A stretch of DNA of 64,000 nucleotides from Bacteroidota bacterium (lineage in GTDB: Bacteria; Bacteroidota; Bacteroidia; J057; JAJTIE01): contig JAHBTG010000004.1 in NCBI GenBank assembly GCA_019638695.1, forward strand, positions 3,233 to 67,232, in the 5' to 3' direction. Below the pieces are notes generated by a model. The model had not been told where the DNA came from, searched no databases, and saw only the letters and a program-made list of their open reading frames with translations. Made by a program: the position numbers and the translations under genes. The first letter of the stretch is position 1. Each line of letters starts with the position of its first letter. This document shows positions 56,001-63,728 of the stretch, piece after piece.

Positions 56001-57785
56001 GAGGCGCACGCTCAGGCGGTTGCCATTGAGGAAGGCGGGGGCTTCGATCACCTCCTGGATTTCCTCGCGCTTCAGACGGGGAACAAAGTAGGTACTGCTG
56101 CCAATCAGCTCGGCAAAACCGCGGAACGCTACACACTGACCGATAAAGTCGCTGCGCATGGTAAAGAGCACGTAGATGGGAAGCCCCTGCTCTCTGGCAA
56201 TGCGAATGGTCTCGATCAGTACGTTTATCGTGATTTGCGCAGTAGGACTGGCCACCCCATCCCGGTAGTTTTCTGAATTGGTAAAGAATTCTTCAAACTG
56301 GTCTACCAGGATCAGCAGGTTGGCGGCCTGGCGTTTCATCTGCTTACGGGTTTCCTCATCGCCGTCCACCCACTCCAGGCTGGTATAGTCGCAATAGAGG
56401 TCGGACTTTTTGTAAAGATCCACCAGAGCAGAGAAACCATAGCTCAGCGCACTCTCCACGGCATCGGGGTTGCGCATGCGCAGTTCCTGGGAAAGGGCAT
56501 GGCTGAGGTTGCGCAGCGGCTGGCGTTCCGGACGGAAGTCGGCCACGGCCCATTTGGAGAAGCTGGTCTTCAGAAAGCCGCCTTTGAGGCTGGGAATCAC
56601 ACCTGCGTAAATGAGGGAGGATTTGCCATCGCCGGAAGAACCGGTGACCATGACAAACTTCTCCTCTCCCATCATCTCCATGATAGTGTCTATATGGCGT
56701 TCGCGACCTTTGAAGAAGATAGATTCATCTTCATTGAAAGGACGCAGACCGGTATAGGGGCAGAAAATGGTCTCACTGATACGGCCGGTTTCTTTTACCC
56801 GGGCATACACCTCTTCTACCTTGCTCAATACGTCGGCAGCAGGCACTACCTCCAGGCCGATCTGGGGAGCACGGAAGCGGATAAAACGGTTGCGACGAGG
56901 CTCATCCTCACCGATAAGCAGGAAGGGTGTACTGGATGAGGCACCGCCCACCACCTTCCACATCTGCTTTACAAAACTGATGGCCCAGTCAGAGGATTCT
57001 TTGAAGTAAATGACCGCGAGCTTGCTCTTGAGTATCTTCTCACGGGCTTCTTCGCGAAAATCCAGGTCGCTCTCCGGGATAACGGTAAGTGTCGTCAGTT
57101 TCAGGGACTCTCCCAGCTTTTCAATCGTCTGGTAGCAATCCCCGGCATCCTGCACGTTGGCGATGAATGCAATATCATATTCCTTGTTGGGCAGCACGCG
57201 GGCGGCCTCGCTTTCCAGGAATGACTTGAGATCTCCGATCAACTCTGCACCACTGGGCACGCTGGAGAACATCATACCTGCATCCAGGTGGTTCTGGATA
57301 TGGTTAATGAAATCCTGCTGTTCACCCTGCAGCAACTTACCCTCCAGGGACTGCTGCCAGAAGAAGAGCTTGTATTTGGCACCGGTCAGCTTGAGTTTGC
57401 TGGTGGCCACATCATACTGATAGCGGAGATGGCTCACACCGGCATCGCTGCGCAGGGTGCTGCCAAAATCTCCTCCCAAGAGGAAAATAGCAAAGTCTGA
57501 ATCCTGGATGTTTTTCTCGGTTTTTTCGCGCAGCTCATCCTCAGATGTATAGCGGTCCTGATAACCGAGCACATTATAGCCTGCCTTCAGCAGCATGACG
57601 GCAAAGTCTTCCCGTGCCTGCTGTATGTCCTGGGGTACCCAGGCCAGAAAAACAGTAGGCTTGGCGGGGTCAAATACGACAGGGGTATTATCCTCCACGC
57701 CTGAGAACGTACCGCGCATATTTTCTACGGATACCTCACCGGCATTGCCGGGGGTTTCAATAGTCAGAGAATCCTGTTCACTCAT
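53043..57785 (-). CDS. 1580-aa STAND-type P-loop NTPase: two DUF4062/TIR-like N-modules, NTPase, one TM helix, coiled coil, 7-8 WD40 repeats, C-terminal LysM
   Basis: aa 42-195 and 200-335: two flavodoxin-like beta-alpha modules (TVFLAWVPQD...SDFAIFLLG...SHLRYQYDVA; YDIAFIAN...KLAVIYFKESSDWAISFVKQMWKV). aa 341-362: CPYTGLRPFNEDESIFFKGRE. Walker A VMVTGSSGDGKSSL (aa 378-391, nt about 56,613-56,654). Walker B LLILVDQFEE (aa 490-499). ITHEALIRNW at aa 787-796. TM helix IMWFIIVLISALLLLASALAFWA (aa 899-921, nt about 55,023-55,091). Charged coiled coil at aa 922-1055. WD40 blades (GH...WD-type) at aa 1120-1445 (nt 53,451-54,428). LysM HKVKEGETLYSIAKKYGMKVEELRAINNLKSDELRPGQRILLK at aa 1537-1580 (nt 53,046-53,177). 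Confidence 0.92.
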   Translation of the reverse strand: MSEQDSLTIETPGNAGEVSVENMRGTFSGVEDNTPVVFDPAKPTVFLAWVPQDIQQAREDFAVMLLKAGYNVLGYQDRYTSEDELREKTEKNIQDSDFAIFLLGGDFGSTLRSDAGVSHLRYQYDVATSKLKLTGAKYKLFFWQQSLEGKLLQGEQQDFINHIQNHLDAGMMFSSVPSGAELIGDLKSFLESEAARVLPNKEYDIAFIANVQDAGDCYQTIEKLGESLKLTTLTVIPESDLDFREEAREKILKSKLAVIYFKESSDWAISFVKQMWKVVGGASSSTPFLLIGEDEPRRNRFIRFRAPQIGLEVVPAADVLSKVEEVYARVKETGRISETIFCPYTGLRPFNEDESIFFKGRERHIDTIMEMMGEEKFVMVTGSSGDGKSSLIYAGVIPSLKGGFLKTSFSKWAVADFRPERQPLRNLSHALSQELRMRNPDAVESALSYGFSALVDLYKKSDLYCDYTSLEWVDGDEETRKQMKRQAANLLILVDQFEEFFTNSENYRDGVASPTAQITINVLIETIRIAREQGLPIYVLFTMRSDFIGQCVAFRGFAELIGSSTYFVPRLKREEIQEVIEAPAFLNGNRLSVRLSQRILNDLGDGIDQLPVLQHALHQIWTEAKQGTEELDLIHYAKVGGLAELKLPRNQVEEYQRWFSKLPDESRQLYLKPKLRNILNRHANELYNNAHIYYNERYEPHVTKEKAQEIIRYAFTGLTKIDENRAVRNRMSLQEITDIIGRDDVDYLMVGRLLNIFREPGNTFVQPYIDPSRPETRELAPNTVLDITHEALIRNWDKLVEWAEREHKRVSIYTDFKVQVNRWLENDCLPKYLLNSGNYNFFNAWYEDTRPTPAWIRRYITPEEIVPELEPMEQAELYLEDIDEFLLLSREKLERQRRIMWFIIVLISALLLLASALAFWANGERIKAIAAQKDALKQKEIAEQQTRQAEIQRQKAVEQERRAKLQQLLAERNKLQAMIQTKIARRERLTADERRRFAEVQQKIAMEQKALAEMQRQEAERQRDRAEVNEKIAREEKQRALEALAEAKRQRNSAYMNESMFQSNQARDEVQSGNPEVGVLLAEYALPETIGDTTDRPYVPEAEAALYNAADKIVNEKPLQLMLGHNNKMIYNRFSPDGTRLITSSWDKTARVWDVATGKELWVLSGHTHIVDRAAFSKDGRYIVTTAEDFTARLWDFERKRSLSVFRGHGNLLTHAAISDDNHRVVTTSLDKTARLYDANTGTKIAVLEGHTDAVLHASFNPQGTRLVTTSRDGSARLWDTESGSLIAVLNGHSAPVTFSTFSNDGTMVVTTSEDGTAIIWNGVTGNIRSRLLGHKAPVLHAAFSPEDNKLVTSSADFTAKVWSTATGKRLGGLEGGVGGHDNVVYYAEFSSDGKYILTSSEDKTSRLWDAQYFTHLATYSGHEGLGYYAVFSPDASKIAMSISRFPQEPKFSVHIFKVLPNRQELIDFVRTNLKKRDLTPKEKEYFYIVDRKKLDADATGLRDTKDGTLLDETDGTELREVDRLDPMQNWQNRPEKHKVKEGETLYSIAKKYGMKVEELRAINNLKSDELRPGQRILLK

Positions 57786-58034
57786 GGGTGGCTGGATTAT
57801 AGTTGAATAGCTTTCCTTAACAAACCGTAAATAAGCGAAATTTCCACCTAGCTATCCACGGAAGTGGGTTGAAAAAACCCTTAAAGATAAGTGTTTTTTT
57901 CCACAAATAACCCCGCTTTCGGGTTTATGAAATGCGAATACTCCACCGGCTTAACATAACGAAGACCTATATGAAAACAACTATGGATATAGACCTTCCA
58001 ATAAAAATGACAGGTGCGCCTGACAAAAAAATTC

Positions 58035-58042
58035 TAAATTTG
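58035..58042 (+). promoter_or_regulatory. candidate -7 box (TAAATTTG) for the purE-like gene
   Basis: TAnnTTTG match 38 nt upstream of the ATG at 58080. Confidence 0.35.
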
Positions 58043-58079
58043 GCATCCACTCTAGACATTTAACGCGACTTTACCCCAT

Positions 58080-58607
58080 ATGAACGAGAAAGAGATAGGC
58101 ATTGTGATGGACAGCGAAGAAGTGCTGCCTGTTATGCAGGAAGCTACCAAGGTACTGGACCGTTTCGGGCTCCCCTACACGCTGGATATCCTGGAGACAC
58201 ACAAAAACCCCACCCGTATGATAGAGTATGCCAAGAGCCTGGCTACCTCCAACATCATGGTGGTCATTGCCGGGGCAAGCGGCGCAGCTCATTTGCCGGG
58301 TATGATTGCCGCGTTCACACCCAAGCCCGTCATCGGGGTGCCTATCAAATCCGAGAACTCCATCGACGGGCTGGACGCTATCTATTCCATGCTCCAGATG
58401 CCCAAAGGGGTACCCGTGGCCACCATGGCGCTGAATGAAGCGGCCAATGCCGCACTCTTTGCCCTGCAGATCCTGGGATGCAAACACCCCAGCTACTATG
58501 ACCTGGTCATGGCCTTCAAAAAACAAATGCGCGAAGAAGAAGACCGCAAAGCCAATAAGCTGGTTTCACTGGGCGTGGACAAGTACCTGGAATCTATCCG
58601 CCTGTAA
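58080..58607 (+). CDS. purE: PurE-family protein (N5-CAIR mutase-like) with substituted active-site motifs
   Basis: Alignable along its full length to PurE (VVIAGASGAAHLPGMIAAFTPKPVIGVPIKS...GLDAIYSMLQMPKGVPVATMA). However, the canonical GSxSD is DSEEV here and SAHRTP is ETHKNP. Confidence 0.75.
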   Translation: MNEKEIGIVMDSEEVLPVMQEATKVLDRFGLPYTLDILETHKNPTRMIEYAKSLATSNIMVVIAGASGAAHLPGMIAAFTPKPVIGVPIKSENSIDGLDAIYSMLQMPKGVPVATMALNEAANAALFALQILGCKHPSYYDLVMAFKKQMREEEDRKANKLVSLGVDKYLESIRL

Positions 58608-58611
58608 TCCC

Positions 58612-59268
58612 ATGCAGGCATGGGCTTTTTTGATGGGACTGCTCTGGGTGCTCCCCTACCCTGTTTGGGGGCAGATGGTACGCACCCAGGATCAGCCCGT
58701 CATGCAAGGGGTGGGAATGCGCTTTGCGGCCGATTTTCATAACTATAACCGCCCCCAGGACTATCCGTTGATAGACGGCACCTTCAGTACCTTCCTGGTG
58801 GGAGTCCATTACAAGAAGTATTTTGGCAACGGTATCATAGAGGTGGGGGGCAACTTCATCTATAAAGGCGGAGAAGATGGCTTTCGTTTGCCGGTGGTAA
58901 TGCAGGACTGGCCCCGCGACAAGTATCACACGCGGTTCACAGCTGCAGAGCTGGATCTGCGGGTGGGCCCCCGCATCGGGCTTTTTTTCCCCAAGATCGG
59001 TGCCCGCCTGCAATACCGCTTCACGCAGGAAGGCATGGTGGAAGACGGCTTCCAGGGGCGTCCGGCATCGGATTACCAGCTGAATCCGGTATACCTGTTC
59101 CTACCGCTGGGGGTATCCCTGGAGTTACCCACCAGCTTTGGAACCACGGGCATAGGCGCCTATTACAACTTTGGCATCACTAATGTACTGAGCACCCGGA
59201 ACCTGGAGACCGGCGGCACACAGCGTGCGCTTACACTGGAGATCCACGTAATGCTGCGCACAGACTAG
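58612..59268 (+). CDS. hypothetical outer-membrane beta-barrel-like protein
   Basis: The ATG at 58612 gives the signal peptide MQAWAFLMGLLWVLPYPVWGQ. The pattern is alternating and aromatic-rich with Y/F/G-rich strands. The track start at 58435 overlaps purE in another frame. Confidence 0.55.
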   Translation: MQAWAFLMGLLWVLPYPVWGQMVRTQDQPVMQGVGMRFAADFHNYNRPQDYPLIDGTFSTFLVGVHYKKYFGNGIIEVGGNFIYKGGEDGFRLPVVMQDWPRDKYHTRFTAAELDLRVGPRIGLFFPKIGARLQYRFTQEGMVEDGFQGRPASDYQLNPVYLFLPLGVSLELPTSFGTTGIGAYYNFGITNVLSTRNLETGGTQRALTLEIHVMLRTD

Positions 59269-59277
59269 CGCACGCAG

Positions 59278-60504
59278 CTAAAAGCTTAGCTGAGCCTGGA
59301 GGCGCAGCAAGCTACCCTTCTGTAAATTACTGGGCTGCTGGCCGTCCTCAAAACGGCGGCTGGAGATGGTATACATGGTTACCAGCTCAAAAGTGGGCCA
59401 CGGGTGCCACTCGATACCGATCTCTTGTTCGCTCACCTCATAAGAACGGGCGTCCAGTTCCAGTTTTTTGCCGCCGTCATATTGTTGCCACCGCACAAAA
59501 GGATAAATGAGATGATTTTTGCAGGCAATCCTGGCCGTCAGGGTTATGTAGCCGCCCCGCAGCGCTGCTTGTTCTATAACACGGGTGGCAGGATTGAACT
59601 GCGGCCCTGTACCCACATTGTATTCTGCCTGAAAGCCTATGGGCTGCGGGTAGAGCACCAGGCTGGCAGCCGCCCGCTGGTCCAGATAGGTATGCCTGGC
59701 TTCCACCTGTGCACTTACCTGGCTGGCCGGCAACACAAAGTTGCCGGTATAGGTCTGGACGCCAGGCTCCAGGATCTGTTTCTTCCCTAGCAGGAAAGGA
59801 TAAGTAACGCGTGCTACCATATGCGCATCACGGTTAAGGTCGGGGCGATTGGCCCCTTGTCCGTTAAATGCGCCAAACGCCAGCACACCATAATCTCCGC
59901 TACCCTTGAGGCCGCTACGCACCAGGAAAGCAAAACGCTCCCGTATATGCCTGGGCGCCCAGTAGGCAAACACGGCCAGGTCCCGTTCATTCACTACGGA
60001 GCTGTTGAGTGCATCCGAACGGTCCAGCGGGAGGCGGTTCTGGCTGCTTTGCATATTTTCAAAGCCATAGGGGATCTTGCTCTGCCCCAGGCGAAGACGC
60101 AGGGTATTATCCGGGGTAAGCCCTATGTCAAAATAAGCATCGCGGATCTGCCCGTAATGCAGGCCATTGGAGCCGATGCTGGTGGCAAAATCCGGCTGCA
60201 GGTAGAAATAGACACGCTTGCTCACTTGCCCAAAGAAGATCACCCGAACCCTGCGCAGGAAAAATCCGCCATCTCCTCCCCAGGAACGGTCACATTGTTC
60301 GCACTGCAAATCCGGGTTCGTTTCCAGCAGCCGATTATACCGCAGCTGCACATAGCCCCGTATGGAAATACGTTCTGCCCAGTTCAGCACGGGGGGCGCT
60401 ACTACAGGATCTGCCAGGGTATCTTTCTTTACAGACTGGGCCTGCAGACAAGGGCTCGCCATCCCAAACACGATAAGGACTGCAAGGAATTGTAGTGAGG
60501 TCAT
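59278..60504 (-). CDS. phosphate-selective porin O/P-like outer-membrane porin
   Basis: ISIRGYVQLRYN...GFFLRRVRVIFFGQVSKRVYFYLQPDFA resembles the Porin_O_P family; the terminal residue is F. Start at the ATG at 60504 (MTSLQFLAVLIVFGMASPCLQAQ); an upstream GTG at 60516 is possible. Confidence 0.75.
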   Translation of the reverse strand: MTSLQFLAVLIVFGMASPCLQAQSVKKDTLADPVVAPPVLNWAERISIRGYVQLRYNRLLETNPDLQCEQCDRSWGGDGGFFLRRVRVIFFGQVSKRVYFYLQPDFATSIGSNGLHYGQIRDAYFDIGLTPDNTLRLRLGQSKIPYGFENMQSSQNRLPLDRSDALNSSVVNERDLAVFAYWAPRHIRERFAFLVRSGLKGSGDYGVLAFGAFNGQGANRPDLNRDAHMVARVTYPFLLGKKQILEPGVQTYTGNFVLPASQVSAQVEARHTYLDQRAAASLVLYPQPIGFQAEYNVGTGPQFNPATRVIEQAALRGGYITLTARIACKNHLIYPFVRWQQYDGGKKLELDARSYEVSEQEIGIEWHPWPTFELVTMYTISSRRFEDGQQPSNLQKGSLLRLQAQLSF

Positions 60505-60671
60505 GAAGGAGGGCACTTTGCCTTTGAAAGGCCAAAGTTGGCAAAGCCAGTCGTGTTAAGCAATTGTTAACAAAAACTACCCCACGCTAATGGCAGAAAA
60601 AGTCATTGCAACAAGCCCCCCCATAGCCCTCAGAGGTTGCCGGGCAACCTCACTTACAAGCGGAGCGACGG

Positions 60672-61085
60672 CTATTCCCGGTAGAAGAAAAAGAAATACA
60701 GGATGGCCTGCTTACGCGTAACGCTTCCATCCAAACGAAGGATGGTGCTGCGGCTCGCATTCTCTATGCGGTCGCCACTGATGTAACCGATGGTGCTGCG
60801 ACTCGCGTTCTCTATGCGATCACCGCTGATATAGCCGATGGTACTGCGGCTCGCATTCTCTATGCGGTCGCCACTGAGATAACCCAGTGTGCTGCGACTG
60901 GCGTTCTCTATACGGTCGCCGCTGATGTAGCCGATGGTGCTGCGGCTCGCATTCTCTATGCGGTCGCCGCTGATATAGGCAAGAATGGAATTAGAGCTGT
61001 TGCTGATTCTCTGGCTGTATGCGGGAATAGCAGCTGCACCTAATAAGATACACCAGAGCAAGAGGGGCAGGATTCGAGATTTCAT
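60672..61085 (-). CDS. small secreted protein made of five 16-aa tandem repeats (SGDRIENASRSTIGYI)
   Basis: The ATG at 61085 gives the signal peptide MKSRILPLLLWCILLGAAAIPAYSQ. It is followed by five repeats of (I/L)SGDRIENASRST(I/L)GY and the aromatic tail AILYFFFFYRE. The gene lies 42 nt downstream of the Omp85 gene on the same strand. Confidence 0.75.
   Translation of the reverse strand: MKSRILPLLLWCILLGAAAIPAYSQRISNSSNSILAYISGDRIENASRSTIGYISGDRIENASRSTLGYLSGDRIENASRSTIGYISGDRIENASRSTIGYISGDRIENASRSTILRLDGSVTRKQAILYFFFFYRE
60741..60980 (-). repeat. five 48-nt tandem coding repeats
   Basis: Units start at 60741, 60789, 60837, 60885 and 60933 (GATGGTGCTGCGGCTCGCATTCTCTATGCGGTCGCCACTGATGTAACC and variants). 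The differences between units are almost all synonymous. Confidence 0.9.
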
Positions 61086-61127
61086 AAGGTCAATATAAGC
61101 ACAATCCATGCCAAAGAACCTTTTCCC

Positions 61128-63728
61128 CTAAAAAGGATATCCTATCCCCAGGTTATACTGTATGCGATTGGCGCCAATGTCTTTGGGGAACCGCTGCACC
61201 ACAAAGCCCCTGATATCTGGCGCATACACCTGCTGCCCAATATCAAACGCGAGAATGATAAAATCAAAATCAAAGCGCAGGCCAATACCGGCAGCCACGC
61301 CCAGTTCCAGGTTATGTTTGTTAAGATAGGCCCTGGGCTCCTGGAAACTGCTGCCTTGCCAGAACCACACGTTGCCGGCGTCTATAAAAAACGCCAGCTC
61401 CAACGGGGAAACGGCCTTAACCCGGTATTCCGCATTTACCTCAAACTTCACCTCCCCGCCAATGGAAATGATACGGCTGAGATCAAAAGGATAAGTCCCG
61501 GGTCCCAGGGTATTGCTTTGCCAGCCGCGGACGCTATTAGTCCCGCCTGAGAAGAAGCGGTATTCCAGCGGAATGGTACCAGAACCATTGAAGCCCCTGC
61601 CCGCACCAATCAGCATCCTGGCCACCCATTGCTGGCGGGCATTGGAACGTTTGGAGATTCGGCCTTCCAGGGACAAACGGTAAAACTGGGAATACTGCAG
61701 GTTCTGTTTGCCCAGTACCTTGGTGCCATCCACCGGATGCTGCACTTCGCCGGTAGCCAGCCGGTCGATCAGAGAAGGCAGATTCCCCCCAAGGTCTACC
61801 TGGGCACGGAAGAACCAACCGGCCTGCCGTTGTTTCCCGTTATACTGGCGGGTATAGGTGCGGATATAGGTAGAGGCCGTGACAAAGCGGGGCTGAAAAT
61901 CCCGAAGAGTAAATAACCGCACACGCAAATCATTCTCAGACAGCAGATTACCCTCTGCATCCGTAATGGTATAGAGTTGTTCTTCAAACGCAGGCTCCAG
62001 GAAAGTATTGACATACGTTACTACCAGGGGTTTGAAGATAGACTGCCATCCCCTGTCCTGCCCAAAACGAAAAGGGGTATGCGACCAGGCATACTGGTAA
62101 GAAAGGATAAGGTTCTGCCGCTGAAACTGCTGGTTGAGCTCCTGGTTAAAATTGAGGCTGATCGTGGTACGCCGCTCGTAGAAAGACAGCCATTTCGGGT
62201 TCAGGCGGGTAGCGCGCAAAGCCAGCGTATCCAGCAGGTAAAAGTGGGGCGCATTGAAGTTGACACTGATACCATACTGGTAAAAAAGCTGAGAAGGCTG
62301 TTGGTCGGCATCAGGGGAATACAAGAACACATTCCCGGTAAGCTGCAGATCCAGTTGTTCTGCGCGGCGAAAAGCGTTCCGGTTCGCCAGTTGTATAGTC
62401 CCCCCCAGTCCGGGCAGGTTACTATTGATACGGCGGTCCTGGCTTTGGAAGAGCTCCACCCGTTCCTGGTGGAAATAGCGATTGCTCATGGACAAATCCA
62501 CAGCGGCATGCAAACTATTGGGCCTTCGCCCGGGCTCATAGCGCACAAAAGTATTGCTGAACACCCCCAGCTGCTGAAGCTGGCGCACCGTAAGGCGATA
62601 ATCATCCAACCGGAAGAGGCTATCCTTGTGCAGGCGCAGGCGCCGCTCCAGCATATTATAATTGAGAATATGCCGGGTGCGTTCTGTAGTAAGGAACCGG
62701 GCAGAATTATAGATGGAAAGCCGACGCATGGGCAGTTGCCAAGCTTTGCGCTGGGCGTCTGTCAGTGCAGGGCCATAATAGCTGAAGCGGGTAGAATCTG
62801 TGAGGTCATGCACAAGCCGCACGGTCACACTATCCAGGGTATAGACCTGGTTACTATCCGGCAAGTGTACCTGTATGCTGATGAGCCGGTAAGGAGTGTG
62901 GCGTTTCTGGTAAAACAGGATACGATCTCTCACCCGCGGCCTTAGCAGGCTGTCCGCCAGCTCCACATGGCTGGTGTCCACGGTAAAGCTGACATCTTTC
63001 AGCCCAAAGGCATAATACCCGTTGTTGCGCATCAGCTCCGTAATGCGGCTGCGCTCCTCACTGATGCGGGTCTCATCATAGGTCTGGCTGGGGCGCACCT
63101 GCGCCTGGCGGCGGGTGGCCTCCAGCAACTTCAGCAAAGCCGTGTCCTGGGTCATATAGGCCACCCTGTGAATGATGGCCACCTCGTTTTCTTCCACATG
63201 AAAGATCACATTCGCCTTACGGTTATTCCAGTAGACCGGCTTCACCTGGTAACGGACACGGGCATTGAAAAAACCCTTGGAGAAATAGAAACTCTCCAGG
63301 TTCTTACAGTCACGTATAAGCTGTGGGCGATCTACCAGTTCGGGGGGCTCCCCCACTACCCGCTTCATCCAGCGGGCAGTAGACTTCAGGAACAGGGAAT
63401 CCTTATCCAGCTTCAGAAACAGGTGTTTGACAAAACCGCTATCCTGCAACAAACCTTCCCCGGTATTATACACATGCAGGTATACCTTAGGCAATACGAC
63501 ACGGCGGTTACGGTGTGTTTTGATATAGGTTTCCAGTTCATCCGCCGTCAGGTTCACTTGTCCTGTGAAGCGGGGCTGGGTCTTTACCAGCTGCCGCCCC
63601 TCGGGCAGGTAGCGGGTAGCTTCGCAGCCCGCAAGACTGGCCAGCACCCACAGGGCAAACACCCACCGTACCAGTGTGCGGGGTAGCCGGGAAATGCAGG
63701 GGAAAAAGGCTGTATCTTTGGCAGGCAT
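61128..63728 (-). CDS. Omp85 (BamA/TamA-family) outer-membrane protein
   Basis: 866 aa. Lipoprotein-like signal ...VLASLAGC. The N-terminal half is POTRA-like. The C-terminal beta-barrel ends in ...RIQYNLGIGYPF (terminal aromatic residue) with GGxNSVRGW-type motifs (FSGGTNSVRGW). Confidence 0.85.
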   Translation of the reverse strand: MPAKDTAFFPCISRLPRTLVRWVFALWVLASLAGCEATRYLPEGRQLVKTQPRFTGQVNLTADELETYIKTHRNRRVVLPKVYLHVYNTGEGLLQDSGFVKHLFLKLDKDSLFLKSTARWMKRVVGEPPELVDRPQLIRDCKNLESFYFSKGFFNARVRYQVKPVYWNNRKANVIFHVEENEVAIIHRVAYMTQDTALLKLLEATRRQAQVRPSQTYDETRISEERSRITELMRNNGYYAFGLKDVSFTVDTSHVELADSLLRPRVRDRILFYQKRHTPYRLISIQVHLPDSNQVYTLDSVTVRLVHDLTDSTRFSYYGPALTDAQRKAWQLPMRRLSIYNSARFLTTERTRHILNYNMLERRLRLHKDSLFRLDDYRLTVRQLQQLGVFSNTFVRYEPGRRPNSLHAAVDLSMSNRYFHQERVELFQSQDRRINSNLPGLGGTIQLANRNAFRRAEQLDLQLTGNVFLYSPDADQQPSQLFYQYGISVNFNAPHFYLLDTLALRATRLNPKWLSFYERRTTISLNFNQELNQQFQRQNLILSYQYAWSHTPFRFGQDRGWQSIFKPLVVTYVNTFLEPAFEEQLYTITDAEGNLLSENDLRVRLFTLRDFQPRFVTASTYIRTYTRQYNGKQRQAGWFFRAQVDLGGNLPSLIDRLATGEVQHPVDGTKVLGKQNLQYSQFYRLSLEGRISKRSNARQQWVARMLIGAGRGFNGSGTIPLEYRFFSGGTNSVRGWQSNTLGPGTYPFDLSRIISIGGEVKFEVNAEYRVKAVSPLELAFFIDAGNVWFWQGSSFQEPRAYLNKHNLELGVAAGIGLRFDFDFIILAFDIGQQVYAPDIRGFVVQRFPKDIGANRIQYNLGIGYPF

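Noticed and set aside
57786-58079. Possible purine/ZTP-type riboswitch upstream of the purE-like gene.
   Set aside because: I could not find the conserved ZTP (GGGTCGTGAC...CCGCCTGGGCA-like) or purine riboswitch cores. There are only short weak hairpins and a -7 box 38 nt from the ATG.
60633-60651. Hairpin GAGGTTGCC-G-GGCAACCTC, 20 nt downstream of the repeat-protein stop, considered as its terminator.
   Set aside because: There is no U-tract on the minus strand after the stem and the loop is very tight, so I could not support calling it an intrinsic terminator.
60741-60980. Regular 48-nt direct repeats (also the 243-nt repeats at 46200-47210), considered as a possible CRISPR array.
   Set aside because: The repeats are contiguous with no spacers, are in frame within ORFs that have signal peptides, and encode a conserved peptide repeat. 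There are no cas genes in the window.
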